Assembly (NCBI GenBank): GCA_016748015.1 | Contig: JAAOMT010000261.1 | Span: 509,008-573,007 of the forward strand | Direction: 5' to 3' | DNA length: 64,000 bases | Source: Geosiphon pyriformis uo1 | Lineage: Eukaryota > Fungi > Glomeromycota | Shown: one piece after another, positions 23,239 through 36,426 of the stretch | Layout: each line of letters opens with the position of its first letter | Numbering within the stretch: position 1 is the first letter of the stretch | Position numbers and translations under genes: made by a program | The notes under the pieces: generated by a model | What the model was told of the DNA's origin: nothing | The model's input: the letters and a program-made list of their open reading frames with translations, nothing else | Databases searched by the model: none

Positions 23239-26200
23239 CAGAGCCCTCCAAGCAATTCTCTATTTTTTGCAAGATGTTACCAACTCATGGTATCATAGTT
23301 TGGCTCAGAAACTTCAAACATTTAATGTATTTAAATTGGAATTTTTAAGATATTTTAGCAACAGTAACAGTATTAATTGTCTGGCAAATACTTTCACTAC
23401 CATTAAACAGGGAAAAACTGAAGCAGTTACTACTTACTTAAGATGCTTCCATAGAAATCTGCACCAAATTCAAGCAATCCAAGCTGACTATTTTACAGTA
23501 CCACAGATTCTAAACCAGTTCATGCGTGGACTGTGCAGTAGTATCCTCCAACATATATGTCCAATGCACTCACAAACACTCCAAGATGCAGTTACTAATA
23601 CATGGAATTTCGAGTTTGCCAAACTCAAAGCCAATCATGCTCAAGCCATCAATCTAGTAATGAATGAATTATCTGAATTAAATTCTAAGCTGAAACAATT
23701 CAGTGATTCCATTGACAAAAAATTAGAGGGATATTTAACTAACAATTAGACAATTTATCAACCTTCACAACAACACAATAATCAAGGAAATGCGAATTGG
23801 TTCCAGAATCAGTCACATCTATTATTCTCAACAAATCAACAATGGCAGCAAGAAACGTGTATTTGTTACAATTGTGGTAAATAAGGCCATTTGAGAATTG
23901 ACTGCCATTATTATAATAATAATTCACAATTGAGAAATCAATTATAAAACTCCAATCACTGATTTTAAACTCTGAGTTATCAATCAAACTCAAGACTATA
24001 TCAATTGAATTACATATCTATGACACAGCAGCAAATTTATCAACCACCAATTTATCAGTCAACAACACCTGTCATTTATCAACTATAGCCCCAACTCATT
24101 TATTAGCTGTAGCTTCAGATAATTTATCAGCCTCAACAGATTCAAACACCACCATAAAACTTACCTTAAAACAGAATCCAAAGGCTGAGACTGACACAAC
24201 AAAGCTGAAGATTATCAATGATAGTTTATCAACCAATCCCCAATTCTTCAACTCAGCCACCAGAATCTTGACACTGGAATTCAGGCACTGGATACACTCA
24301 AAACCCAAATGCCCAACACTATTTAAGTCTTCTGGTTACCCCAGAAAACATCTTACCCAACAACCAAGAACTCAACCAAACCAAATCACTTATCAGCAAT
24401 ATACTTCCAGCCACCATAACCAATGACAAATTGCTAGCAGCAATTTTCCCATTTGAATTAGAGGAACCATTACAAACACTATTGTTCAGTAGAGCTGCGC
24501 TCAAAGAGAAACCCATTATGACCATGTACATAGATGTTAAAGTTGATAGTCAGTTTATAAAACTGATCCTAGATAGTGGTTTTACTGACAGCATTATCAC
24601 CAAGCAACTTATGGATTAATTAGGTCACTGAGTTGACCATGCTGTCAGTACAAGAATTATTACCACTAATGGAGCCACAAAAATGCTTATTGGAGAGATT
24701 GATGAGTTTTTATTCGAAATTAATGGTCTCATTATGCCCATTAAAGTTTTGGTGATAAAAGCCACCCAATACCAAGCATTAATTAGTAACGACTGGCTGT
24801 CCAAGACCAATGCTGTATTTGACTGGACTACCCAGAAATTACAACTCAACTGAAATAGTTAATACACACAAGTTCCAATCACATGTGGACATTTTAAAGC
24901 TCCTTCAAGAATCCAACCATTGATCGAGCTGGAGAAAAAAAAAGAGAAACCTATCTAAGAAGCATACCAAGTCTTTTGGGCTGATGAAAAACACAATGAG
25001 TTACCACCAATACTCTCTTGGGATGACCATGAGAAAAGAAAGTAAAAGAAAGAACCTACCTGGAATCCTGACCAAGCCTGAAAAACCAACAACAACCAGG
25101 AAGAGCCAATAAATTGGGAGTGGGAAGAAAATAACAAGCAAAAAAGAAAAGAGAAGGAAGAAAAGCCAGCACCAATTACTATCACTTATAGTCCATATGC
25201 TTATACTTCACCACAACTGTTTAACTATTGCTAACCAAAATTAGTATGCATCAATTGTGGTAAGAAATTGTTATCAATGAGTGCATGTTGTAGTGATAAT
25301 AAGGAATATGCCATGACAACAAAATTCTATTGCTGCCTATGTATTATAGAACAGTTTGGAAGACCTAAGAGATAAGAAAAATGGGACAACAAACCCTGCT
25401 TAGCATGTGGTACTATTTTGCTTGACAAAAAAATATAGAATGACATTCCTGAGTATGGAGGTACTTGTGACAAAACATGCCAGTATACAATCCTGATAAA
25501 CAACTGGGTACACAAAGGAACTTCAATTGAAGATGCTTGGAAAAGAGCATTGTGATAATTAGAAGGCTATCCTTATAACAAACATAAGATCTGAAGAATA
25601 ATGAATGTGAAAGCAGAAGATGCCACTACCAGTGAGTTACTAAAAATTAAAAATAACCCACTTTTACTGCCTAAACCAGAATATGTTCCTATTTTTGATA
25701 TCTTTGGCAATATTGAGAATGATTTAGAAGAATTCTATGAACATTACAAGTAATTAGCACCTACTAAAGAAGAACAGAAGCAGCATTTAGAGCAGTTGAA
25801 TACTTAATTATGTCAACATTGCTTAATTTTCTATGACTTTCAATATTGTAATGAGTGTGACTTTATTTACAATCTAGCACCATGCATAATCTACACAATT
25901 CCAGAAGAAGAAGAACCAATCAGCAGCTGCAGATTGGAATCAGAATCAAATTTCAATCCTGATTCAAATTCTAACAATGATAACAATAAAAACAATGGTT
26001 CCAGCTCTACTTAATATAGCAACAAAAATAACAATAATTCAGACTCAGATTCAAATCCCAAAACATATATTGCACTTCCTGATCTCACCAAGAAACAGAA
26101 ACTCAAATGGTTTAGTAATAATAATAAAAGTAATATGCCAGAATGTGCACATAATACCAATGCAGAGTTTGATCTGAGATATCCAGGAAAAAATTCCATC

Positions 26201-27600
26201 AAATTGGAACCCTATTTGCACACCTGCATTGATCTCAAAATAATACTGGAAATTTCAGCAACAACAATGGTTTAGTTAGCATCTAGGAGTAGCTTAGCCA
26301 AAAAGGGAATCAACATTAAAGAAGGAATAATTGATGCAGAATACATAGAAAATATTATTGCTATGCTACAAAATGACTCAAAAAAGGCATATATTATAGA
26401 TTCAAACAAGAAGATAGCACAAGCAATATTCCTACCTTTAGTGAAAATAGCTCAGTTAATATCAGTAGGAAACAGAAAAAAATTAGGGATTACAGCAAAA
26501 AAAATACAGGGATTTAGATCAATGGGTAGAATAGATGTACCAGTTAATATGGCAAAGAAAAAAATTGTTGACAAGGGAGAAATTATCTTCATCTGTCAAT
26601 CAATCTTCATTCCACTATATGACTAGTACATGGTAGTCATAGAGAGAAAAGTAAAGAATCAGGTTCAAATTTTTGAGACAGAAGCAACACTTTGTAAATC
26701 AGAAAAGATTGGATTAGTCAATCTATACATATTAGCCAAAAACCACAGCCACATCAAAATTCCCATTTACAACAACATAGGAGATATTATCAAGATACTG
26801 GAAGGAACTACTATTGGACATTTAACTACCAAAATTGAAGATCAACTGCCAAACACCATTTCAGATTTTCCACAATTGTGTGGATATGTAAATATCACAT
26901 TATAAACAATATATGGACAAAAAAAATGTTATCTGCTCTAATCAGAACAATTAGAACAGATGAACATAGGAAACTTAGATCCACTATAATATATGCAGCT
27001 CAAAATGTTACTCAACAATTTCAATGACATCTTTGCCAGCAAAAACAAATTTGGTAGAACTGACATCATTTAACATCAAATTAAGACTGGAGATGCAATG
27101 CCAATTAAACAGAGAGCATACAGAGTACTACCAGCCAGCATGAGATCATTCGTCAAGAAATCAATCAAATGCTTAACAACGGACTAATTCAGCCATCAAT
27201 GAGTTCATAGTCATTACCAGTAGTACTAATCCAGAAGAAAAATGGAAAAATCTGCTTTTGTGTAAATTACCAGAAACTAAATGGAGTAACAAAAGGAGAC
27301 AGCTACTCAACTCCAAAGATCCAAGAATTTTTCAATGTTTTTGGATAAAAAAAATGGTTTTTAATTTTAGATTTAGACAGTGGTTATTAGCAAGTGGCCA
27401 TAAAACCAGAAAACAAAGAGAAAATGGCTTTTACAACTCGGAAAAAGAACTTTGAATTTGAAGTGATGCTATTTGGCTTAATGAATGCTCCAGCAACATT
27501 CCAATGGCTTATGGAAATTGTTTATACTAAACTTTTGTGGAAATCTATAGTTGTTTACTTAGACAACACAAATGTGTTCTCCAAAACATTTGATGACCAT
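23239..27600 (+). pseudogene. gag-pol: Element A gag capsid/CCHC, protease, Cys-rich domain, dUTPase and RT N-half
   Basis: ARALQAILYFL, CYNCGK*GHLRIDC, LILDSG, SRSSLAKKG, IAQAIFLP, FGLMNAPATFQ, YLDN. Confidence 0.9.
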
Positions 27601-28582
27601 TGTTACCAGATGAAATTAGAGATATTATTTAGCATGAAATTATCTTATAAATCCTATTATTAATTAGCATATATTATCGTTTCAAATTATCACTTATTAC
27701 ATTAGCAAAATGTCCGAAATTATCATTTAATTAATAACCCAATTTGTACACAACACAAATGTAACCTAATTGCGATAATTAAATCATGCAATAACCCGAA
27801 CTATGTAACATTCAAAAGTTCGCCGAAATTTGTAGAAATTTGCCGAAATAATTGATAGTTAACTGAAATATCTAATAGTTTGCAGAAATAACTTGTAGTT
27901 TGCCAAATGTATCTTTAGTTCAGCGAAATTGTAGAAAATAGCAAAGTTCAAGTTCATAGAATAGTGTTATGACAAGTTGTATAAAAGAAGAGCATCTCTC
28001 TTCGAGAAAATGTATCTTACTTTAGATTTATCTCTTAAAACCGTTCCTATACACACAAAAAGAAATAAATATCAAATAATTTGAAAAAACCAAATTTTTT
28101 AATTATTGTACTTGGAAAATTCCCAAAACCCAACTAACATTTTGAAATTGATTAGCTACCAATTTCAGTAAACTGTTAGTGATTCCAGGCCTGGATAGAA
28201 AACGTTTCTCTTAATAAAAAATCCTATTTCTTTTATTTTTCTTTTATTTTTCTTTTTTTTTCTTATTACAATCATTAGGGTAGCCTACAGATGAGATTCC
28301 TGTAGAAGAGTTGACTTTCACAGCAAAGTAACTACACATTTTTAGTGAGCTTCCAGACAAGCAATTCCTGGGAAAGAGTTGATGTTTACTACAATGTAAC
28401 TACATAAAGCAACTGGCATGAAATTGGCCATTCCACTCATAAGTCCAGCAAGTTCAAATTATAGGAGATAATTTGAAGATAAATTCAGTTACTGAAGGTC
28501 CAACTACTTCCTGAAAACGTGAATTCACAACAAATCAACATTAACAACATTTAAGAAAAGAGACCAAAAACCTCTGGTAACA
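27601..28582 (+). repeat. 5' LTR of D
   Basis: TGTTACC...GGTAACA; TTCGCCGAAA-core repeats ~27818-27930; TATAAAA at 27980. Confidence 0.94.
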
Positions 28583-28628
28583 TTTGGTGCTCTCCCATGG
28601 AAATAATACAGCAACAACAAAATTCAAA

Positions 28629-31600
28629 GTGGCAACCACACCAGACGCAACAACTTTAGAGTATTACCAATCAATTTACACCCACTGCAAGCAAAGATTC
28701 AACATTCCAGACAAAATTGAAGTTGTCAAGAAATCAGTATACTAATACATTGAAAACTGCATTAACAATTATCTTTTTGGAAATTACAATATCTCAGAAA
28801 TTAGAAGCAATCTTTACAATAATTTAGCACATTATTCACAGTTGGGAACTGAAGACCTTAACAGTGAAACACTTGCCACTTACTTTCATGAACTTAATTT
28901 TAACATTATCAAATACTGTGAAGAAACATATCCAGTACAGTCTCAATACTCTATTGATTTTGAATCAGAAACAGAAACAAGCAACAAAGGCAAAAACAAA
29001 TTGAAGCAATACTCAAAAACCACTCCAAATACTCCAACACTACCAAAAACAACTGCCAACCATTTACAAACACCTGAACAAGGAACCAGTTTAAAACTTC
29101 TACTTACTATCACACCTTTTCCAGCTTCACTTGCACAAGCACAAACGCCTAATTCACCCTTGAATCGATTTACAAGACCAGAAGATTTTACATCACTTAA
29201 AAGTCCCATCAGACAACAAGAACTCCTTCAAACTAGTTCCAATCTCCTTGACTTTCTAGCTGAAAATCAAAGTGAACACTCTAAGACAGCAGCAAATGAA
29301 GAAAATGAATCTGAAATATCTGAAAAAGAATCAATAGACAGTGAAAATGAAGAAGACAAAATGACAACATACATCGCAAAAATCCTTGAATTTAATGGAG
29401 AAGACATTGAGACCAGTTCCCAAGAATGGCTCGACCAAGTTACTAAAGCTGAAGATGCAAATGGATGGAATGCTGCCAGAATGTTAAGAACAATTTCCTA
29501 CTTTCTCAAAGGAATAGCAGGAGAATGGTTTGAAAACTTGGCCACCCCATTCAATAATTGGAACACTTTCAAAGCAGCCTTTCTTGAACAGTTTACTGAC
29601 AATAATACCTCCATCACCCTTCGCAATTGTTTTCGAAATATCAAACAAGAACTCTCTGAATCTGTTATGCCTTATATTAGGAAATTCAACAAACTTCTCA
29701 GACAAATTTGCCAACTCAAAACAAATGATTATTATTCCGATGCTCAAATCTTGAATCAATTTATTGCTGGTCTAAAAGATAAACTAATTAAAAAGATTTG
29801 CCCACATGCACCAAAAGATTTAAACTCTGCCATACAGTATGCGAAAAGATACAAAATGGCCATGGAAGAGGCCAATCGCACAAAACTTGTAAATTTGGCA
29901 ATTGGAAAAACCAGCTCAGCAGCTGAGGAAAAAATTGACCAACTCACAAAGAAGGTTGAAAACTATTTCACCAATCAACAACAACAGCAACCCCAAAGAT
30001 ATTAACCACCCCAAAGACGAAATCAAAATAACTTTGCATTACTTTCCAATAACCAGCCTCAGAATTGCCATTACTGTGGAATCTCTGGCCACTGGAAAAG
30101 AGATTGCAGAAAGCTACAACGAGACCAACAAAATAGGAGTAATTAACATTACCCTCCACCACAGCAATCTTATTATCAACCACCACCACCAGCTTACTAT
30201 CCACCAAGATCCCAATACCAAAATAACTATTATCAGCCTGCCCCACAGCCAATCCAATAGCAATACCAACAACCACCCACACAACATTATCAAGTACCTG
30301 CTCAAAGACTGATCACACAAAATCAATTCACACCACAAAACCAATACCAAGTAAACAACAATAGAATCAGTTTGAACAACCAATTGGTTTCCCGAAATTC
30401 CACTCAACCAAGACCCAACCACTACCACACTCAATCCAGTTATTTAACAATGCCAGAAGAACAGGATTTTTACCATACTGCACCCTTGAAAAATAGAGCT
30501 GCAGCACAACAACAAAACCCTTTCTATACTCCCACCACAATCTCACCAGCCAAAATCGCTGAAAAGCTAACCTTTCAGATATATTCCCTTTTGAGTTCGA
30601 AGCAAATAAGTTACCATTCCTGCTTAGCAATGCAGCCGCCAATGAACAAAAAACAATCACGGCTATGTACACTAAAGCAGAAGTCAAAGGAAAGACAATT
30701 TACTTGATCCTAGACAGTGGATCTGCCAAAAGCATTATCATCTACCAGTTAATGCAACAGTTGAAGAGAAATGTCGACCAACCAGCTCAAACAGTAATCA
30801 TCACTGCTGATGGCATAAAAAAAACCCCAGTAGGAGAAATTGACAATTTTCTGTTCACTCTTGATGGAATCACCATTCCAGTCAAAGTTCTTGTAATGAA
30901 CGCACTCCAGTACCAAGCTCTTGTCAGAAATAATTGGCTTCAAAAAGCCAATGCTAATCTGAATTGGAAAACACAAGAGTTAACAATCTCCTACCAAGGA
31001 CAACATGCCCGAGTACCTGCCACTTGTGGTACATTCAACAAACGCTCTAAAAAAACCCCAGCTTTTGAATTCAAACCAGAAGAGAAAAAACCCCTCATTG
31101 AAACATTCATGGCTCTTGGATCAATGTTCAACTGGGCCAATGAAACAGAACAAGAACATTTTACCCCACACTCTGAACCCGAAACCTCTGAATGAAATAT
31201 TTCTTACTCAAAATCCGAACCAAGAAAACAACACCCCTATATTCCCCTTAAATATAAGGACTGCCACAAGAAACTATTGTCAATGGGAGCCTGCATTTCA
31301 CCTGAAGAAGAATATAAGAATCATACTTGTTATTACTGCAAGGCTTGCCACAGAGAATAATGGGGCCATCTAATAAAAAGAAGTGGAAAATGGGATAACA
31401 CCCCTTGTTTGACTTGTGGAGATATGCTACCAGAAGAATGCAATTGGATTGATGTAGCCATGAGAGGAGGAGTCTGTGATCAGACCTGCCAATATGCTTT
31501 ATCAATTTCAGAAAAAGTAAAAAGAGAAACACCCTTTAATGCAGCATACAACAGTGCTCTTAACAAACTTTATTACTATTCTCATAATGCCGAGATGATT

Positions 31601-34195
31601 TTTGATCTAGCAATGACATTAATTAATGGAGCTACCAAAGAAGATGTTCGTCAAATAAAGGAAGCAGAATACATTGAATACACCATGGAATTAGCTGGAT
31701 TTGATTACGAAGACAAAGTAGAAGTCTATTATTAAATTGCAAGTCACACCTACCTAACTCAAGAAGCTCAAATTCAATGATTAGAGCAAATGAACATTAG
31801 GCTATGTGAAGAATGCATTATGTCTTGTGATGAAAAGTGGTGTCCTGAATGCTATGCTCTTAGTATCCCTTTGCTCAACAAAAATAATGAGAACGAAATT
31901 AAATTTGGAGAACCTGAAGCAACGGAAGAGATTGAAACAACACCCATCTACCTTATTGAAAATCAGCCTGTCTTACAACTTAAATACTTCAACAACAACG
32001 GACAAAAAATAAAACCCGAAAAAGCACACAAAATTAATGCTGAATATGAGCTAAGATATCCAGGCAAGGATACTTTTGTTCTTAAACCCAAATCTCTCAC
32101 AAAAATCAACCTCAAAATTGCACTCGAAATCCCACCAGGAGCAATGGTTCAAATTACCTTCTGGTCCTCTCTGGCATGCAAAAAAATCAATGTCAGAGGA
32201 AAAATAATTGATGCTGGATATACTGGAGACATTACAGTGATGCTTCAAAATAAAACTGACAAACTATTCAAGATCAAACATGCTAAAAAAATTGCCCAAG
32301 CTATTTACCTACTTCTAATCAACATTTCAGGTTTGCAACTAGTCAATCAAAGAGAACAATTAGGAAAAAGTGATAGAGAAACCCAAGGTTTTGGTTCAAC
32401 TGGACGATTCACAGTTCCAGTTAATATAGCTCTTAACACACAGAACAAATTCCACCAGATTCTCAGACTTCCACAACCAATTACTATCTCATTCTTTGGA
32501 GAACATCTGGAAATCTACATCTGCCCAAAGCCAACAACCACACAACAAATTTTTGAGTCCAATGAACAAGTCTGCTTAGAGCATAATATTTTGATCCCAA
32601 ACATTTATATTCCAGAAGGAACAAAGAAAGTCCAAGTTACTTTTTACAACCCCAATAATTACCCCATAATTTTATTAAATAATTTAGAAATTGGAGTTAT
32701 TCACAGTAATAGATTTCAACAAAAATTACCCCAAACAGTTCTCGATTTCTCTGAAATTATTGGACATCCACTACCAAAAATCAACCCAAACCCCAGCTCC
32801 AAAAACTACCATGTTGTCATGGAAAAACTATCTTAAATCAACATGGGACAACTTGAACCACAACAACAGACCCAGCTCAAAGAGCTAATTGCAGAATTTG
32901 CCAATATCTTCACTGAAAACAACAATAACTTAGGAAGAACTGATTTGGTCTAACACCAAATTTATACAGAAGATGCCAAACCAAGAAGACAACAAGCATA
33001 TCGAATTGCTCCAGAAAGCCACCAATTCATCCAAGAAGAAGTACAACAAATGCTTAACAATGGGCTTATCCAACCCTCCATGAGTCCTTGGGCTTTACCT
33101 GTAGTGCTAGTTAAAAAGAAAAATGGAAAGATCTGATTTTGTGTTGACTATCAACAACTCAACAGTGTTACAATTGGAGATGCCTACCCTCTTCCCCAGA
33201 TTGATAACATGTTAGATGCCCTTGGAAAATCCAAATACTTTTCAACACTAAATTTAGAAAGCGGTTACTGGCAAGTTGCTATGGATCCCAAAGATCACCC
33301 CAAGACAGCATTCACCACCCAAGGCGGAAATTACAAGTTCAATGTAATGCCTTTCAGATTATGCAATGCACCAGCAACGTTTCAGAGATTAATGGATGTT
33401 GTGTACCAAGAACTTTTTTGGAAGTCAGTAGTCGTTTATCTTGACGATACTGATGTTTATTCTCCATCATTTGAATTACACTTAAAACACCTGTGAGAAG
33501 TTTTTCAATGATTACGAAAAGCAGGACTAAAACTCAACATCAAAAAATGCTACTTTGGAAAAACAAGCTTGGTCTTCCTTGAGCATATCATTAGTAAAGA
33601 TGGAATCAAACTGGACCCTGGAAAAATCAGCATTGTCAAAAACTTCAAAACTTCTCAAAACACTACAGAACTAAGAGGATTCATAGGATTAGCATTCTAC
33701 TATCGGAAGTTTATCAAAAGATTCTTGGAAATTGCAAAACCCCTCAACCAGCTCACCACCAAAAAATTGAATACAAATAGACTACCGAACACCAAAAAGC
33801 TTTTGAAATTCTCAAGAAAAAACTGACAACAGCTCCAATCCTTGCCTACCCGGATTTCAGCAACCAATTCCGATTAGTAACAGATGCCTCTTATACTGCC
33901 TTTGGTGCTATTCTATTACAATTAGATAACAATGGAAATGAGCGAGTAATCGCCTATGCCAGCAGAACATTAAAACCAGCTGAGAAAAATTATTCTGCCA
34001 CAGAACTAGAAACAGCAGCTGTAATTTGGGCCTTACACTACTTCAACCTTTATCTTAGGCCTAAAAAATTTGATATTATCACTGATAATATTGGACTCAA
34101 ATGGCTTCAGAACAAAAATACTCAGCTGAATGCAAAACAAACCAGGAAAACTCCACACCAATGTTGACTGTTTCTCCAGAATGAGACAAGATTAG
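28629..34195 (+). pseudogene. gag-pol: Element D Gag-PR-Cys-rich-dUTPase-RT-RNase H polyprotein
   Basis: 387-aa gag ORF, CHYCGISGHWKRDC, LILDSGS, IIDAGYTG, GFGSTG, YLDD, TDAS. ORFs from 30665 to 33569 share one frame. Confidence 0.95.
32015..32407 (+). pseudogene. dut: Trimeric-type dUTPase domain of D (equivalents: B ~8010-8400, C ~17970-18362, A ~26135-26530, E ~44090-44432 plus 47412-47465)
   Basis: Across copies all five dUTPase motifs can be recovered: AGFDL, SRSS, GIIDAGYTG, IAQ, RGxxGFGSTG. Confidence 0.9.
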
Positions 34196-34246
34196 AAAAC
34201 ACAAAAACCAACACTTAACTTAACCAACCAAAAGAGCCAACAAACA

Positions 34247-35632
34247 ATGAATTCAAAAAACTACAACAATCTCAAGCAATATTTGGAAACATTAACAATT
34301 CCAACAGATTGGTCTCCAGATGAAAAACATTGACTACAACAACAAGCCAAACAATATTTTCTACACAACAACATTATTTATCATCAAAATTTCAAAAACC
34401 CAAACAAACCACTCAGATTAATACAAAAACAGAAAAAAGAGACCATATTATACAACATGCACTCAGATCCTTCATCAGCACACTTCGGAAAAGATGGCAC
34501 CACCCAAAAAACACTAGAATACTACTTTTGGCCTTGAATGAGAAAAAACATTCACGAATATGTCAAATCTTGTGATAGTTGTCAAAGAAGAGGAGGAACA
34601 TGCCTTACTGAACCATTAAATCCAATCAAAGTTGGACAACCCTTTGACCGAGTTGGTATTGATTTAGTTGGACCACTATCTATCATCACTCAAGGAAACC
34701 ATTATATTGTAGTAGCTGTAGACTATCTTACTAAATGGCCTGAAGCCAGAGTCATTCAACAAGCAGATGTGAAATCAGTAGCAAATTTCATTTACAAAGA
34801 CATTATTTGTAGACATGAATGTCTAATTGAACTTTTATCCGATCAGGAGACACACTTTGTAAACAACCTGATACAAGAAATTTGCGAATGATTCAATGTC
34901 AAAAGACCTCTGTCTTTGCCCTACCATCCACAAACAAATGGACTTGTAGAACATTTTAACAGAACATTGTGTGAGTCATTAGCCAAAGTCTCAACTGATT
35001 TTGAGTAAGAGTGAGATATCTTTATTCCATCAGTATTGCTAGCATACAGAACACTAAAACAAGATACCACAAAACACACACCATTTGATTTAACTTACGG
35101 AAGGACAGCAACATTACCAATTAGTTTTACAGTGGAAACATACCTAGCACAACCAATCGATAAAAATGATTTTCAAGAAACGCTTCAGCGAAGAGCCTAC
35201 ACTCTGCTTAGCACATTAGAAAAAAAATGATGAATAGCAGCCACCCATATTGAACACTCCCAAGCTCAACAAAAAGAATGGCATGATGACAAATTGCCTC
35301 CAGTCACCAATGAATTTAAAATTGAAAACAAAGTTCTCTTACACAGAACTAAAGCTGAAAAACAATGGAGTGGAAAATTTGAAAATAAATGGGATAGACC
35401 ATTCTTTATTCATGAAGTTCTAGGCAACAGATCATACAAGCTAAGACTTGATAACAAAATCTTAGCAAAAGTTGCACATGGAGATTGTTTGAAACACTAT
35501 TATTCCAGAAACAATCCTGAACCATTAATTCCACAAATTGGTACACATTCCTCTTTAGTCAATCCTGAAGATATTTCCCAAAACTTAAAACCAATAGTTG
35601 TCATTGAACAATCTTCCAATCTGAACACTTAA
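34247..35632 (+). pseudogene. Element D integrase (separate ORF)
   Basis: HSDPSSAHFG...CDSCQRRG, VGIDLVGP, LSDQETHF, YHPQTNGLVE, KWDRPF. Confidence 0.92.
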
Positions 35633-35738
35633 TTTAATTTTACTAGTTATTCTCTTATAATTTAGAAACAATCAAAACAAAAATAACATAAAAACCCATA
35701 CACCAAAAATAATTTTCTTTTATTTCAAATCTCTTATA

Positions 35739-36415
35739 ATGACTATTCCTCAAAACATTCAACAATTATCCCAAAAACTAATATTAGCTTTAAAAATAAT
35801 ACCCAAATTATCTATTACTGTTACTGGAAACCACATTAATTATACCCAAACAGAAGTAGTTACAAATTTAGCTCCAAATTCACGAAAATATCACCCATAT
35901 AAGAAGAACACAAGAAGTTATTCTGGAATTCACCTGCCAGAACTTTTAAAGCTTGCTTTAAGAGAAAACCTAATGCTCACCCTGATTAGTATTCCATCAA
36001 ATGCTACAATTTAACAAAGACTTCAACTGTGTCTTAATGAGAAAAATACTGAATATCCTCCAATTTATAGATATTTCCACATTGAAAAAACACTCTACGA
36101 ACGGAAACTGGAACTTACAACAGCAAATCTCATAAAAGAAGCTATTTAAAAACAACTCCACAACAAATTCAAAACAACAGCTGGACCAACAAACAGTCAC
36201 TACAAGCTCAGAACTGCTCTTAGACTTTATAACCTATTCCACACCTGTGAAAATGTCCTACAAAACCCAATTTTATGACCTTTGAAGATTCAATACATTA
36301 AAAAGCTCACAGAACTGAAATTTCAACAATTTTTAGACCAAATTTCTTCAATAATTTTGGATTACTATCTGGAAATTACAGACAGTACTTGGACTTTGAC
36401 AGAGCTCAGTCTTAA
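35739..36415 (+). pseudogene. Element D ORF3 (frameshifted)
   Basis: MTIPQNIQQLSQKL...RTALRLYNLFHTC...IKKLTELKFQQF...DFDRAQS*. Confidence 0.7.
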
Positions 36416-36426
36416 GAAGGAGGTTA

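Noticed and set aside
30540-30600. Programmed gag-pol frameshift
   Set aside because: The D shift is explained by a 1-nt loss, and C is in frame from capsid to protease; frameshift positions are not shared among copies.
31790-32836. Host dUTPase gene
   Set aside because: It is embedded in frame in the retroelement polyprotein in every copy.
35400-35632. Integrase chromodomain
   Set aside because: No Y.V..I...R / YLVKW.G pattern follows the GPF/Y module.
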